A DNA stretch of 64,000 nt from Torpedo marmorata. Its lineage: Eukaryota. Location: assembly GCA_977017645.1 (NCBI GenBank), contig OZ360232.1, positions 38,564,001 through 38,628,000 of the forward strand, read 5' to 3'. Below are positions 8,775 through 20,384 of the stretch, piece by piece; positions within the stretch are counted from its first letter, which is position 1; the number at the start of each line of letters is the position of its first letter. Position numbers and translations under genes: made by a program. The notes below the pieces were generated by a model. That model was not told the origin of the DNA. It searched no databases and worked only from the letters and a program-made list of their open reading frames with translations.

Positions 8775-11239
8775 TTTAATCTTCCACATATAGATTGGGA
8801 AACACATTCTGTGAAAGGGCTGGATGGGTTGGAGTTTGTGAAATGTGTGCAGGATAGTTTTTTACAACAATATGTAGAGGTACCGACCAGAGAAGGAGCA
8901 GTGTTAGATCTACTGTTGGCAAATGGGATAGGTCAAGTGACGGAGGTTTGTGTTGGCGAGCACTTCGGGTCCAGTGATCATAATGCCATCAGCTTCAATG
9001 TCATTATGGAAAGAGATAAGTCAGGGCCAAGGGTTGAGGTTTTTGATTGGGGAAAAGCTAGATTTGAGCAGATGCGAATGGACTTACAGGGTGTGCATTG
9101 GGACAATTTGTTTTATGGGCAGGATGTAGTAGAGAGATGGAAGTCTTTTAAAGATCAGATTTTGAGTGCAAAAGCTTTATGTTCCTGTTAGGTTAAAAGG
9201 AGGGGCAAAAGGTTTGAGAGAGCCGTGGTTTTCGAGGAATATTGGAAACTTGGTTCGAAAAAAAAGGGAGGCGTACATTAAGTATAAGAAGCATGGAATT
9301 GAGGAGATGTTTGAACAATACATTGAATGTAAAAGGAATCTTAAGAGAGGAATTAGGAAAGCTAAAAGAAGGTACGAGGAGACTATAGCAAGCAGGGTGA
9401 AAATTAATCCAAAAGGTTTCTACAAATACGATAATGGTAAAAGGAAAGCGAGGGACAAAATTGGTCCCTTAGAGAATCAGAGCGGAAAACTGTGTGTGGA
9501 GCCTAGAGAAATGGGGGAGATATTGAACAGTTTCTTTTCTTCGGTATTCACCAAGGAGAAGGATATTGGGATATGCGAGATAAAAAAAGCAAATTGGGTA
9601 AATATGGAGAATAAAGTGATTACGAAAGATGTAGTGTTAGGGCTTTTGAAGCATATAAAGGTGGATAAGTCTCCGGGACCAGACGGGATCTTCCCCAGGA
9701 CCTTGAGAGAAATAAGGGAGGAAATAGCAGAGGCTCTGAAGGTAATTTTCCAAATGTCAGTAGAGATGGCGATAGTGCCGGAGGATTGGCGTATTGCGCA
9801 TGTGGTTCCGTTATTTAAAAAGGGTTCAAGGAGGAAGCCTGGCAATTATCGGCCTGTATGTTTGACGTCTGTGGTAGGTAAAGTAATGGAGAAAGTTCTT
9901 AGAGATAGTACTTATAAATATCTGGATAGACAGGGTCTGATCAGGAACACTCAACACGGATTTGTGAGCGGAAGGTCCTGTTTGACCAATCTGATTGAAT
10001 TTTTTGAAGAGGTGACTAGGAATGTGGATGAGGGTAGCGTGGTGGATGTTGTCTATATGGACTTCAGTAAGGCCTTCGATAAGGTACCACATGAAAGGTT
10101 AGTTAGGAAGGTGCAGTCTTTAGGTATAAATTTTGAGATAGTCAAATGGATTGAACATTGGCTGAAAGGGAGAGGCCAGAGAGTGGTAGTGGATAATTGT
10201 CTGTCAGGTTGGAGGCCGGTGACCAGCGGTGTGCCTCAGGGATCTGTATTGGGCCCATTGTTGTTCGTTATATACATTAATGATCTAGATGATGGGGTGG
10301 TGAACTGGATTAGTAAATATGCAGACGATACTAAGATAGGTGGAATAGTGGATCATGAAGAAGGTTTTCAAGGATTGCAGAGGGATTTGGGCTGCTTAGA
10401 AAAGTGGGCTGAAAAATGGCAAATAGAGTTTAATGCTGATAAGTGTGAGGTGCTTCATTTTGGTAAGAAGAATCAGAACAGGACATACGTAGTAAATGGG
10501 AGAACATTGATGAATACAGAAGAGCAGAAAGATTTAGGAGTAACGGTGCATCGTTCCCTGAAGGTAGAAACTCATGTGAATAGGGTGGTGAAGAAGACTT
10601 TTAGTATGCTGGCCTTTATCAATCATTGCATAGAATATAGGAGTTGGGAAGTGATGTTGAGATTATATAAGGCGTTGGTGCGGCCTAAAGTAGAGTTCTG
10701 TGTGCAGTTCTGGTCGGCAAATTATAGGAAGGATATCAAGAGAGTGGAGAGAGTGCAAAGAAGATTTACCAGAATGTTACCTGGGTTTAAGCATGTAGAG
10801 TACAAGGAGAGATTGAGCAGATTAGGTCTTTATTCTTTGGAGCGTAGAAGGTTGAGAGGGGATTTGATAGAGGTATTTAAGATTATGAAAGGGATAGACA
10901 GAGTGGTTGTGGATAGACTATTTCCGTTAAGAGTAGGAGAGATTGAAACAAGAGGACATGAGTTAAGAGTTAAGGGGCAGAGGTTTAGAGGTAACATGAG
11001 GGGGAACTTCTTTACTCAGAGAGTGGTAGCGGTGTGGAATGAGCTTCCGGGAGAGGTAGTGGCGGCAGAGTCAATTTTATTATTTAGGCAAAAGTTGGAC
11101 AGGTATATGGATGAGAAGGAGGTGGAGGGTTATGGGCAGGGTGCAGGTAGGTGGGACTAGAGAGGAGTGTTTGGTTCGGTGCGGACTAGAAGGGACTAAT
11201 GGCCTGTTTCCATGCTGTAATTGTTATATGGTTATATGG
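8775..11239 (+). mobile_element. young 5'-truncated CR1 LINE
   Basis: Endonuclease C-part (FNLPHIDW, PTREGAVLDL, GSSDHN), then one frameshift near 9165, an intact RT reading frame and a (GTTATATG)2 tail. It interrupts an older CR1 fragment. Confidence 0.93.
9166..11160 (+). CDS. CR1 ORF2 reverse transcriptase (partial, uninterrupted 664 codons)
   Basis: KSPGPDGI, NYRPV, QHGF, YMDFSKAFDKV, GVPQGSVLGPLLF, YADD and RRLRGDLIE motifs. Confidence 0.88.
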   Translation: MQKLYVPVRLKGGAKGLREPWFSRNIGNLVRKKREAYIKYKKHGIEEMFEQYIECKRNLKRGIRKAKRRYEETIASRVKINPKGFYKYDNGKRKARDKIGPLENQSGKLCVEPREMGEILNSFFSSVFTKEKDIGICEIKKANWVNMENKVITKDVVLGLLKHIKVDKSPGPDGIFPRTLREIREEIAEALKVIFQMSVEMAIVPEDWRIAHVVPLFKKGSRRKPGNYRPVCLTSVVGKVMEKVLRDSTYKYLDRQGLIRNTQHGFVSGRSCLTNLIEFFEEVTRNVDEGSVVDVVYMDFSKAFDKVPHERLVRKVQSLGINFEIVKWIEHWLKGRGQRVVVDNCLSGWRPVTSGVPQGSVLGPLLFVIYINDLDDGVVNWISKYADDTKIGGIVDHEEGFQGLQRDLGCLEKWAEKWQIEFNADKCEVLHFGKKNQNRTYVVNGRTLMNTEEQKDLGVTVHRSLKVETHVNRVVKKTFSMLAFINHCIEYRSWEVMLRLYKALVRPKVEFCVQFWSANYRKDIKRVERVQRRFTRMLPGFKHVEYKERLSRLGLYSLERRRLRGDLIEVFKIMKGIDRVVVDRLFPLRVGEIETRGHELRVKGQRFRGNMRGNFFTQRVVAVWNELPGEVVAAESILLFRQKLDRYMDEKEVEGYGQGAGRWD

Positions 11240-12050
11240 AAGTGTTACACTCTGGGTGGACAAATAAGGGTAGGACAAACTGTATGAATGGTAATTCTGC
11301 AGGGCTTCCAATGGAATTTGGTGCACAATCCAAATATCCCTGAAGGTGGCAATCTCGTGAATAATAATGCGAATAACAAGAGTATGGGACAGAAGGAGGT
11401 TCTTCTATAGGTTTACGTCATTTGACTGGAAAAGATGCGAAGGACATGCACGAGATCAGTGGTTCTCAACCTTGTTTTTACACTCACACACCACCTTACT
11501 AATCACGGGACACCTATGACATAGGATGCTATAGGGGATCTGTGGTTAGTAAGGGATTATTTAAGGTGGTATGTGAGTGGGAAAACAAGGTTGAGAACCA
11601 TTGCACTAGATAATGCCTTGGGTGGTGAGCTTCAGTTATCAGGAAAGACCAAAGTTTCTGAATTTGTTTTTTTTTGTGCAGCAGGGGAGCCGAGGCCGAA
11701 CCTGATTCAAGCATACAAAATTATGAGGAGCAATAACAAGGTCGTGTAGGAAGCTTTGCCTTGTAACAGAAGTGTCACAGCTTCTTACCAGGGAACATTT
11801 ATTTTGGCGTGAGGTTCAGAGGGAAACTAGAAAAGTTTTTTTTGCATAGCTTGTGGTGGGATTCAGTAACACACAAGAGTGAAGTGGTGGAAGTTGACCC
11901 TCGAACAGGTGAGAAAGATGCTCATGAGAACTTGAGTTGTCAGAGTGCAGAAGTTTACAGAGTGCTTGAAAATGGCATGTGTGGGGGTATTTGCAAAGGA
12001 GCCTGTTCCCGTGCTCCATGGCTCCATGACGTCCTTGAACTCCCATAGGC
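11240..12050 (+). mobile_element. old CR1 3' fragment (its 5' part lies at ~8735-8780)
   Basis: EQWQVEFN before the young CR1 continues as EVLHSG.. after it. It is heavily decayed and contains a MITE. Confidence 0.6.
11457..11603. mobile_element. hAT-type MITE, short fold-back form
   Basis: Termini CAGTGGTTCTCAACC...GGTTGAGAACCATTG; flanks CACGAGAT / CACTAGAT (8-bp TSD, one mismatch). Confidence 0.85.
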
Positions 12051-13177
12051 AATGTGGCAGTGCACTCACACACATACACATGCACGTTTCGTCGTGAGTT
12101 CTGAGATTTTGACAGTGATTATGGCGAGATGAAAATATACTCACGAAGTCCGGATCGAAGGTATTTTGAATATTGATATGTTGTCACGCAGTAGTTAAAC
12201 GAGTTAGCCGAGGTTATAGATGCAGAGATTTAATAGATACTATTGAAGCAACGCTAGGGAAATGCCACAATGCGTTTTAAGGAGTCCAAGCGATCCGGGG
12301 GTTTAATGAGGTTATTAAAAAGAGGGAAGCTCTGTCTTCGATGGTGTCATACTTTTAAAATGTCATTGAAATTGCATGTCTTATCAACTGAAAACTGCCT
12401 CATTCGTTATTTCCTACTGATGGAAACGTTTATGAGAATAGGAAAGTTGGACTGACACTGCTGGATTCCCACGGGGTGATGTATTATTGTTTTACCTATC
12501 TTTATCTCCCTGGCTCGCCTTAGGTCGTAATCAGTAGTGAAATCCTGGGTTTTAATGCACGTGACTTTAACCATGCAATTCAAGAGAGGTTGGATACCCT
12601 TCTGTTCTTGGTGATGGTCAATTCCAATATTTGTCAAGTTTGCCAGTTAATTGTCACAGCACACTTGGAGATAACGTGGACATTGTGTGCACTGCTTGCT
12701 GCAGCGGAATTCTGAAATATTTCTGAATTCAGTTATGTGATCGTCAGGAATAATCCATACTTTCAACCTTCCGATGAAGGATTGAAGAAAAAAAAGCTTG
12801 AAATGATTTTAATTATTTTGATTTATTTCAGTTAAAAATGTCTGACGCTTTGAGGTTGTTTGCATCTAATTTGCTCTGGTTTTGAAGTTTTCGTTTTAAA
12901 GAATTATTTTCTTCGTTTTTTAGGTCTTTGGCAGTTCTATATTTCAGCCAGATTCAACAGGCACAATATGGCCATGACATCTCTGAGATGTGGCAAAAAT
13001 TGACCGGCCATCAAAGCCTTCACATGCGTTTTGTGAGGGGGAGCAGCCGAGAAGCCAGAGCAGTAAGAAACCCTTTCTGTATCTGGACCCGCTAAGTACA
13101 GAATTGACGAGAACCACGGTTATTACTGATGGTAGGACACAACCAGTGAAATTCTGTCTGTTTGTATTATCTTAGAT

Positions 13178-13553
13178 CAGTGGTTTTCAAACTGCCCCCC
13201 TAAATTCGCATTCCACCTTAAGCAATCCCAATGCCATAATGCTCTGTGATTAGTAAGGGATTGCTTCAGGTGTTATCCGAGTGGGAAGGGAAGGTTGAGG
13301 ACCACTGCTCTAGACCCAGTTGTTACTGAAATATTTTGCTTGAGAAAAATTGTCATTGGCCCATTTCCTTTGGAGTTATGAAACCGTGCACATAACGAGT
13401 CAATTAGGTACGATTAAAACAGTGGTTTTCAAACTTTTTTTCTTTTCACTCACATACCACTTTAAGCAATCCCTTACCAATCACAGAGCACTTATGGCAT
13501 ATGGATTGCTTAAGGTGGAATGTGAGTTTAGGGGGGCAGTTTGAAAACCACTG
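13178..13553. mobile_element. hAT-type MITE, compound form (unit-spacer-unit)
   Basis: TIR CAGTGGTTTTCAAACTGCCCCCC; perfect TSD TCTTAGAT (13170-13177, 13554-13561). The spacer is reversed relative to the 22086 copy. Confidence 0.93.
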
Positions 13554-13834
13554 TCTTAGATCTTGCGCACTGAGCACACTCACCCCACCGTTCGCTTTAA
13601 ACAAAACAATGAGCTTTTGTCTTCCTATGCGAGAGATACCAATTTAGGTTTACTGGAGCCAACGTCGCAAATAGTATTCCCAACGCTATCATTTCCATGG
13701 TATCCAACCTAAAAACCCGATGATCGCCCAACCACACAGGAGCTGTCAAACAAACTATTTTCAGAACTGCATAATGACTGCAGCTTAGACGGAAAGTGGA
13801 TTGTGCTGGTCAAACTGTGTACTTTATGTAGCAA

Positions 13835-14390
13835 AGATAAACAATCCTTTCAAGTGAAACAACACTTCACTTGTGTATCCGTGGGAGTTATCTACTGCGA
13901 CTGAGCACAGACTGGGAGATCGCTTCGCAGAGCACCTCCGCTCTGTCTCATCAGTGACAGGGATCTCCCAGTGGCCAACCACTTCAATTCCGCGCCCCAC
14001 TCCCATGCTCACATGTCTGTCCATGGCCTCATGAACTGTCCCACCAAGACCACCCGTAAATTGGAGGAACAAAACTTAATTTTCCGTCTGGGCACTCTCC
14101 AACCTGATGGAATTAACATCGACTTCTCCGGTTTCTGCTATTCTACTCTCCATTCTCCCTCCCTTCCCCATCTTTCCTCCAGCTCTCCAACCCCTTCCCT
14201 TTCCATTCACAGAGCCACCTGCTTGCTGGTGTGCCCTTCCTCCCTCCCTCCTGCCTTTGGGTCCGTGTTCCTCCACTTGCCCCTCCCCCTACTATTATGT
14301 TAGGACGCCTGCCGACATTTTTCATACCTTGATGAAGGGCTCAAGCCCGAAACGTTGGTTATGTATCTTTATCTTTGCTATTATAAGTAT
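13835..14390 (+). mobile_element. Penelope-like element 3' fragment (GIY-YIG endonuclease C-terminus plus terminal repeat)
   Basis: Translations RLGDRFAEHLRSV, PVANHFNS and RKLEEQNLIFRLGTLQPDGINIDF, followed by a pyrimidine-rich tract and a hammerhead-like motif. Confidence 0.8.
14323..14363 (+). ncRNA. minimal type I hammerhead ribozyme-like motif (C3U variant)
   Basis: CATACC-TTGATGA-A-GGGC TCAA GCCC-GAAA-CG-TT-GGTTATG gives the core boxes, a 4-bp stem II, a palindromic AACGTT in place of stem III and a stem I with one bulge. Confidence 0.6.
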
Positions 14391-14928
14391 TATGAGTTTG
14401 TGCAGCATTGTGTTTTACTTCAACCACGGTGTCTGTAGACTTTCGTGTTTTACTTCCGGTGAGTAGATTGAAAACGTGGTTTGTGCCAGCCAGAATGCAG
14501 CAATTTGGACGGTTCAGTCCGAAATGCCACAAAATTATACTGGACATTTTTTTAAAAAAACGTGCAGGCGGGGTGTGTTATACCATTATAAAGTGAAGTC
14601 ATCTGGTCGTCATGCAAGTGTTAGTGACAGTCAAAACCGAAAATTCCCTTTCAGTTGGATACTCGTTTTCAAGTTGTTAAAGGTTGTCGTAACATTTCAC
14701 AAATTAACGTGGTGCATTCCAACAGTCATGCCTCTTTCCAGCGGGTTCTTTAAAGCATGACACAGACCTTTCTTTCCGCAGATGCTGCCTGGCCTACGGT
14801 TTTCAACGTTTTCTGACTTTCTTTTAACGTTACAAGATATGTATATTTTCACATTTTGCACATTTCAACATGTAAACAGCAATAATCATCCCAATGAACG
14901 TAACTTCGAAAAAATAGAACATCTAATG

Positions 14929-15113
14929 CAATAGTTCTCAACCTTTTTCTTTCCACTCACATACCACCTTCAGGAATCCATTAATCACCACAGAGCACCT
15001 ATGGCGGTGGTCATCAACCTTTTTCCACTCACGTACCACCTTAAATAATCCCTTAAGGTGGTATGTGAGTGAAAGAAGGAATGTGAGTGGAAAGAAAAAG
15101 ATTGAGAACCAAG
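14929..15113. mobile_element. hAT-type MITE, degenerate short form
   Basis: Internal ccactcacataccacctt and aaggtggtatgtgagt; decayed termini; flanks ATCTAATG / AGCTAATA. Confidence 0.75.
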
Positions 15114-15348
15114 AGCTAATACCTTCTTGAATGATGGAGATAAATTCGTCATCCTCGACGAACAAGCAAAGGGTGTTGGTTAGAGAAACCAACTAATCAT
15201 AAATAAAATTGAATCGTTGAGCCGATTGTTGCTATTTATGTTTGTGTTACTTTCATCAACAGACGTCTATCATACTTATGACTTGATATATTAATTTGAA
15301 TATAAATTCCAAGAACTCGGACCTGCTGAAATTAACCAGAACAGGCGC

Positions 15349-15560
15349 AAATAAATTTCAATTGCACAACCATAAATACAATAGTTCTGCTCAACTTTAA
15401 GTAGGTGCAGCTTTAAGAAAACGAGCAGAATTCTGATTGGTCGAATATCAATGAGTTTCTGCACCAGTCGGGAGCAGAGATGTGATGAGTGATCCGCACA
15501 GCCCCTTCATGACGCAGCGACTATTACCGAAGATCAGACAGAGAGAAAACTGGATGACCA
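15349..15560 (+). promoter_or_regulatory. conserved Pcdh promoter block (gene 2, subtype A)
   Basis: GCTTTAAGAAA (15410-15420), CTGATTGG, second box mutated to CCAGT, GTGATCCGCACAGCCCCTTCA (15489-15509). Confidence 0.8.
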
Positions 15561-15762
15561 ACAGCTCGGTGGGTTTTGCGCAAGAATCCTCTCGCAACTG
15601 CAGCCGAAATACGAGAAATTGAATCAAGTAATTCGAGAGAATCGCAGCAGGGATGAGTATATTTTGTATGCCTTTTGTTCTATATTACGCCGACATACGG
15701 TTAAAAGGATAACAAAACAATACAATCTGGGCCTGAAACCACTGGAATGAATTCCACTGGAA

Positions 15763-18222
15763 ATGAGATATAAAATATATTGGTTGCTAAAATGCCAATT
15801 GTTGTGCTGTGTGTTCTCCCCGTGGAGTCTTGTATCTGGACAGTTTCGTTATTCTGTCCCTGAAGAGCTGCAACTGGGAGCCTTTGTTGGGAACATCGCT
15901 ACCGATTTAGCTTTAGATGTAAAGCAGCTGCCCGCTCGCAGTTTGCGGATAGCGTCCGGACCAAGAAAGCAGTATTTCGACGTAAATTTGGAAAATGGGA
16001 TTTTATTTGTGAAGGAAAGAATCGACAGAGAACTGCTTTGTGGGTCGAATCTGGATTGTCGTTTATCTTTTAACGTTGTGTTTGAAAGTCCCCTGAGCTT
16101 GTACCAAATTGAAGTGGAGATTCTCGATGTAAATGACAATGCACCCGGTTTTCCAAACAGCACGTTTCGTCTTGAGATCGGGGAGTTTGCGACACCGGGA
16201 ATGCAATTTCCCCTTGAACCAGCATATGATCCGGACATTGGCACTAACTCATTGCAAAGCTACCAGCTACAGCCGAGCGAATACTTTACTCTCGATGTAC
16301 AAATGCGCAGTGGGAAAGAAAGGCGGCCAGTATTGTTGCTGCAAAAGCCTTTGGACAGAGAAACGATGGCAACCCACAATGTAACGCTGATAGCCAAGGA
16401 CGGCGGTTTGCCTCCGAGATCGGGAACGGTTCAGATTATAGTTATCGTGAAAGATGTAAACGACAACGCGCCTGTTTTCTCTCAGTCCGCTTACCGAGTC
16501 AGTCTGTTGGAATCTTCACCGAAAGGGACACTGATCATCACATTGAACGCCACTGACCTGGACGATGGTCTCAACGGAGAGATTATATATTCTTTTCGTC
16601 GCCATATTTCTTCTACTGCAAGAAAACTTTTCGATCTGAACTCCAAAACTGGTGAAATCAGACTCCATGGGAAATTAGACTATGAAGAAAACAATGCCAT
16701 TGAAATAAACGTACAAGCGATGGATAAGGGTTCAGGCGCTGTTCCCGAGTACTGTGATGTATTGGTCGAAATTATTGATGTGAATGACAACGCGCCGGAG
16801 GTGACATTAGGGTCTTCGTTAACTACAGTATCCGAGGACGCTGCACCTGGGACTGTTGTTTCTCTTTTCACCGCAGAAGACAGAGACTCCGGGAAAAATG
16901 GTCAGGTACAGTGTAAAATTTCAAACCAACTGCCCTTTAAGCTGTTTTCATCAATAAGAAACTATTATAATGTCCTCATAGAGCATCTGTTAGATCGCGA
17001 AAATACCCCCAGCTATTATATTACTGTAAGGTGCACGGATGCGGGTGACCCTCCTCTGACTTCCAGGAAAACCATCCGGGTAGAGGTTTCAGACATAAAT
17101 GACAACGCGCCAAAGTTTTCTCGTCCCGTATACACGGCAAATGTTCAAGAAAACAATGGCATTGGGGCTTCCATACTTTCATTGACTGCCTTTGATCCAG
17201 ATGCTGGACAAAACGCTCAACTGACATTTTCTATCCTGTCGTCCCAAGTTTGGAATTTCTCAATAACCTCTTATGTTTCGATTAATCCAGCCACTGGTGT
17301 CCTTTATGCTCAGAGAGCTTTTGACTACGAACAACTGAAAATATTTCAGATACAAGTTCAAGTGAAGGACTCTGGTACGCCGGCACTCAGCAGTAATGCT
17401 TCCGTGAATGTTGTGATCCTTGATCAGAATGACAATGCTCCGGTGATTATACACCCTTTACCCGAATATGGGCTGACATCAACAGAAACAATATCCAGGT
17501 TTGCAGAGCCAGGATATTTGGTTCTTAAGGTATCAGCCACTGATGCTGACGCTGGTCAGAACTCTCGACTCACTTATCAGATTTTTCAGGATACCCGCCA
17601 TGGCCTTTTTACAATTTCCGCAGACACGGGCGAAATTTGGACTATCCGTCCAATTTTGAACAAGGATAGTTCTACCCAAAGGCTGGTGGTTGTGGTAAAT
17701 GATAATGGAATTCCATCCCTCTCTGCAACTCTGACTATAGTATTATCTGTGGTTGGGACTAATAGTGAAACGTTCTCCAGTGTCAGAAGTTCGTCTTCAG
17801 ATCACAGGTTCAGACCTGAGCTAAGTCTTTCGTTGGTTATTGCCTTGGGAATAATATCTACCATTTTCCTCATAATTGTAATCATCCTTGCCGTTAAAGT
17901 TTACATAAACAGGAATATTATGGTGCACGAGCAACATTCCCTGAGTACTTGCTGTTGCTTTGAATCAAGAAATTCTTTGAATGGAATTCAGAAGGCCAGT
18001 AAACGTCTTCAGATACCACCCAATTATGTTGAGGTATTTGGGGGCGATCCGCTCTCCCAAAGATTCCGCTATGAGTCATGTTCGACATTGCAGTCTTCCA
18101 AGACAGATTTCACCGTCCCCAAGAGGTGCAGAACATCTACGGAAAATAATTCTGTGCTGAATGTATCTCCCGGGAGTGAAAACGCTGGAATGATGATTTC
18201 TGGAAAGTATTGTGTTCCTGAG
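15763..18222 (+). CDS. clustered protocadherin variable exon 2 (subtype A), 820 codons
   Basis: Same architecture as exon 1. Donor GAG|GTGAGA at 18223; the unspliced stop ends at 18231. Confidence 0.95.
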
Positions 18223-19345
18223 GTGAGATGATTTTAAACAGAGAAGAAAATCTTCATATATGATATTTGGAAACACGAGTATTAGGCAGAAGCATCCGTA
18301 TATCAAGGTATATTGTGCGTAAAAATACTCTGCGCTCATTCTGTTCATATTTTTCTTTAGATGGGTTATAGAATAGTAAATATAATTAATTATATTGTGT
18401 TCATAACAATAAACATCTGCAATAATTACTTATTTTTATTCCACATAGATGCTGGGTTTTCTGATAAGTAATTGCAACAATCGCTTTTACTACATATTTG
18501 CAGAAAACAAATTGTGCTGAGCTTAACCACATCCATCATTTTCCATCTCACCAACGGAGCATATTCATCTCCCAGCAAGCTTCCAGGCCTCCCTTTGGCA
18601 GCACCGTTATGACACATTCACACGTCATTTCCCATTTTATCACGAAGATGTACTTTATTTTCTCTGCGCACAAAACCATGTTTGTTTTGTAAATCGCTTT
18701 TTAAATCACATGTATCATTGATCCAAGGCATTGCATCCATACCCCTCACCACATATTTGGCCTTGTTTGTAGAGTATCGTCAACGTTTCTGTTCATTATG
18801 AAGTCTTCTTAGTTTAAATCCTTTTCTGGAGAAATTGGCCCAATAATCGAAATCTGCTCATTCGGAGGAAACGTCCTTTACACAAGTGATGCTTCTGCAC
18901 CTCATTCCTTCTCTGATAAATACATAAATAGCATCTTCATATTCCCTGAGTTAACCAAGGTGAATACCATTACTAACAAATCAGAATTTTTAAATCGTAT
19001 TTTCTTGCTTTATTACACATGGGATTGGGAAGCAGCCTTTGCACAATTTGCCTGTGGTATCTGATTACAAATGTGCTCGAATTTTCAAATTGCATTGAAA
19101 TGTCCTCAAAGGAACATCAAAATGCAAACGCCATTAAAATTAAATTGTTTCCGACATGTATTATGGTCGTCTACATGCCAACATTTACATTTCCATACGA
19201 GAAATGTTCCGCATGCCGTTTACTCTGCAACTACAAAACGCGTGCCTTCGGCAGAAATGCGTTTCAGGAAAAATATTTTCACGGCTTTGGCTGTCAAGGT
19301 TTAACATTCGAGTATCTGGAAATGTCTTCCCATCCGAAATTGAAG

Positions 19346-20365
19346 GGATCGTTGTGGAGGGATCGGCTACTGAGTCGTTGTCGCAAGAACTCATAAACAG
19401 GAACGGAGTTATCACTCTATTAGGAGTATTCTATAGATTCCCAAATAGCCACTGGGACAGTCAGAAGCAGATAAGTAGGCAGATTCTGGAACGTTGAAAA
19501 AAATAATAGGGTTGTTGTTATGGGAGACTTCCAGTTCCCAAATAGTGACTGGCACCTCCTCAGTGCAAAAGATTCAGATGCGGCAGAATTTGTCAAGTGT
19601 GTGCAAGATGTATTCCTGACGCAGTAGGTGGACAAGCCAACTGGAGGAGAGGTCATACTGGATCTTGTACTGGATAATGAAGCTAATCAGATGACACACC
19701 TCTCGCTGGGAGAACATTTCGGAGACAATGACCACAGCTCCCTAACCTTTAGAATGGCTATGGATTAGGACAGTAGTAAACAAATTGTGAAAGTGTTTAA
19801 CTGTGGAAGAGCTAATTACGATGGAATTAGGCAGGAACTTCGGATATAAATTAGGAATAGATGTTTTCAGAGAAATCCACAGCAGAAATGTGGAGGGTAT
19901 TTCGGGGCCACTTGGACGGGGTCCTAGGTAGCTTTCTCCCACTGGCACAAGGAAAGGATGGAAGGGAAAAGGAGTAGTGGTTAACAAGAGAGGTGGGTCA
20001 AGGAAGAAAATGTCAGGAAGGCCTCATGAGAATTACATCGTAGCCAGGATGAAAGTTAAGAAAGGCCTTAGGAGCGCGAGAAGGGGGCATAAGAAGACAT
20101 TGGCAAGTTGGATTAAAGAAAAACCTTGGGTTTTCTACACGTGCGTGTAGAACAGAAGGATGACTAGAGTAAAGGTAAGACCGATTAGGGCTATAAGGGA
20201 GAGCATGTGCCTGCAGGCAGAGGAGGTAGGAGAGAACCCAAAAGAATACTTTGCTTCAGTATTCACCAGGGAGAATGACCTTAGTGAATGTGAGGTCAGT
20301 GTAGAACAGACTCATTTGCTAAAGCATGCCTCGTTTAAGAAAGAGGAAGTGCTGAACTTTTAAAA
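19346..20365 (+). mobile_element. CR1 LINE fragment (endonuclease to linker), decayed
   Basis: LLGVFYRFPN, VMGDF.FPN, EYFASVFTRE and KKEEVL motifs interrupted by stops. Confidence 0.8.
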
Positions 20366-20384
20366 CATTATTCGTCCAGGTCAT

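Noticed and set aside
8709-9191. 160-aa ORF as a separate gene
   Set aside because: It is a chimera of an old CR1 remnant and the truncated endonuclease of the young CR1.
13350-13544. Recurrent small ORFs MSLAHFLWS... and MGLEQWFSTFP... (also 21907, 54312, 7515, 22318)
   Set aside because: They are translations of the MITE with non-ATG starts and variable stops, not a peptide gene family.
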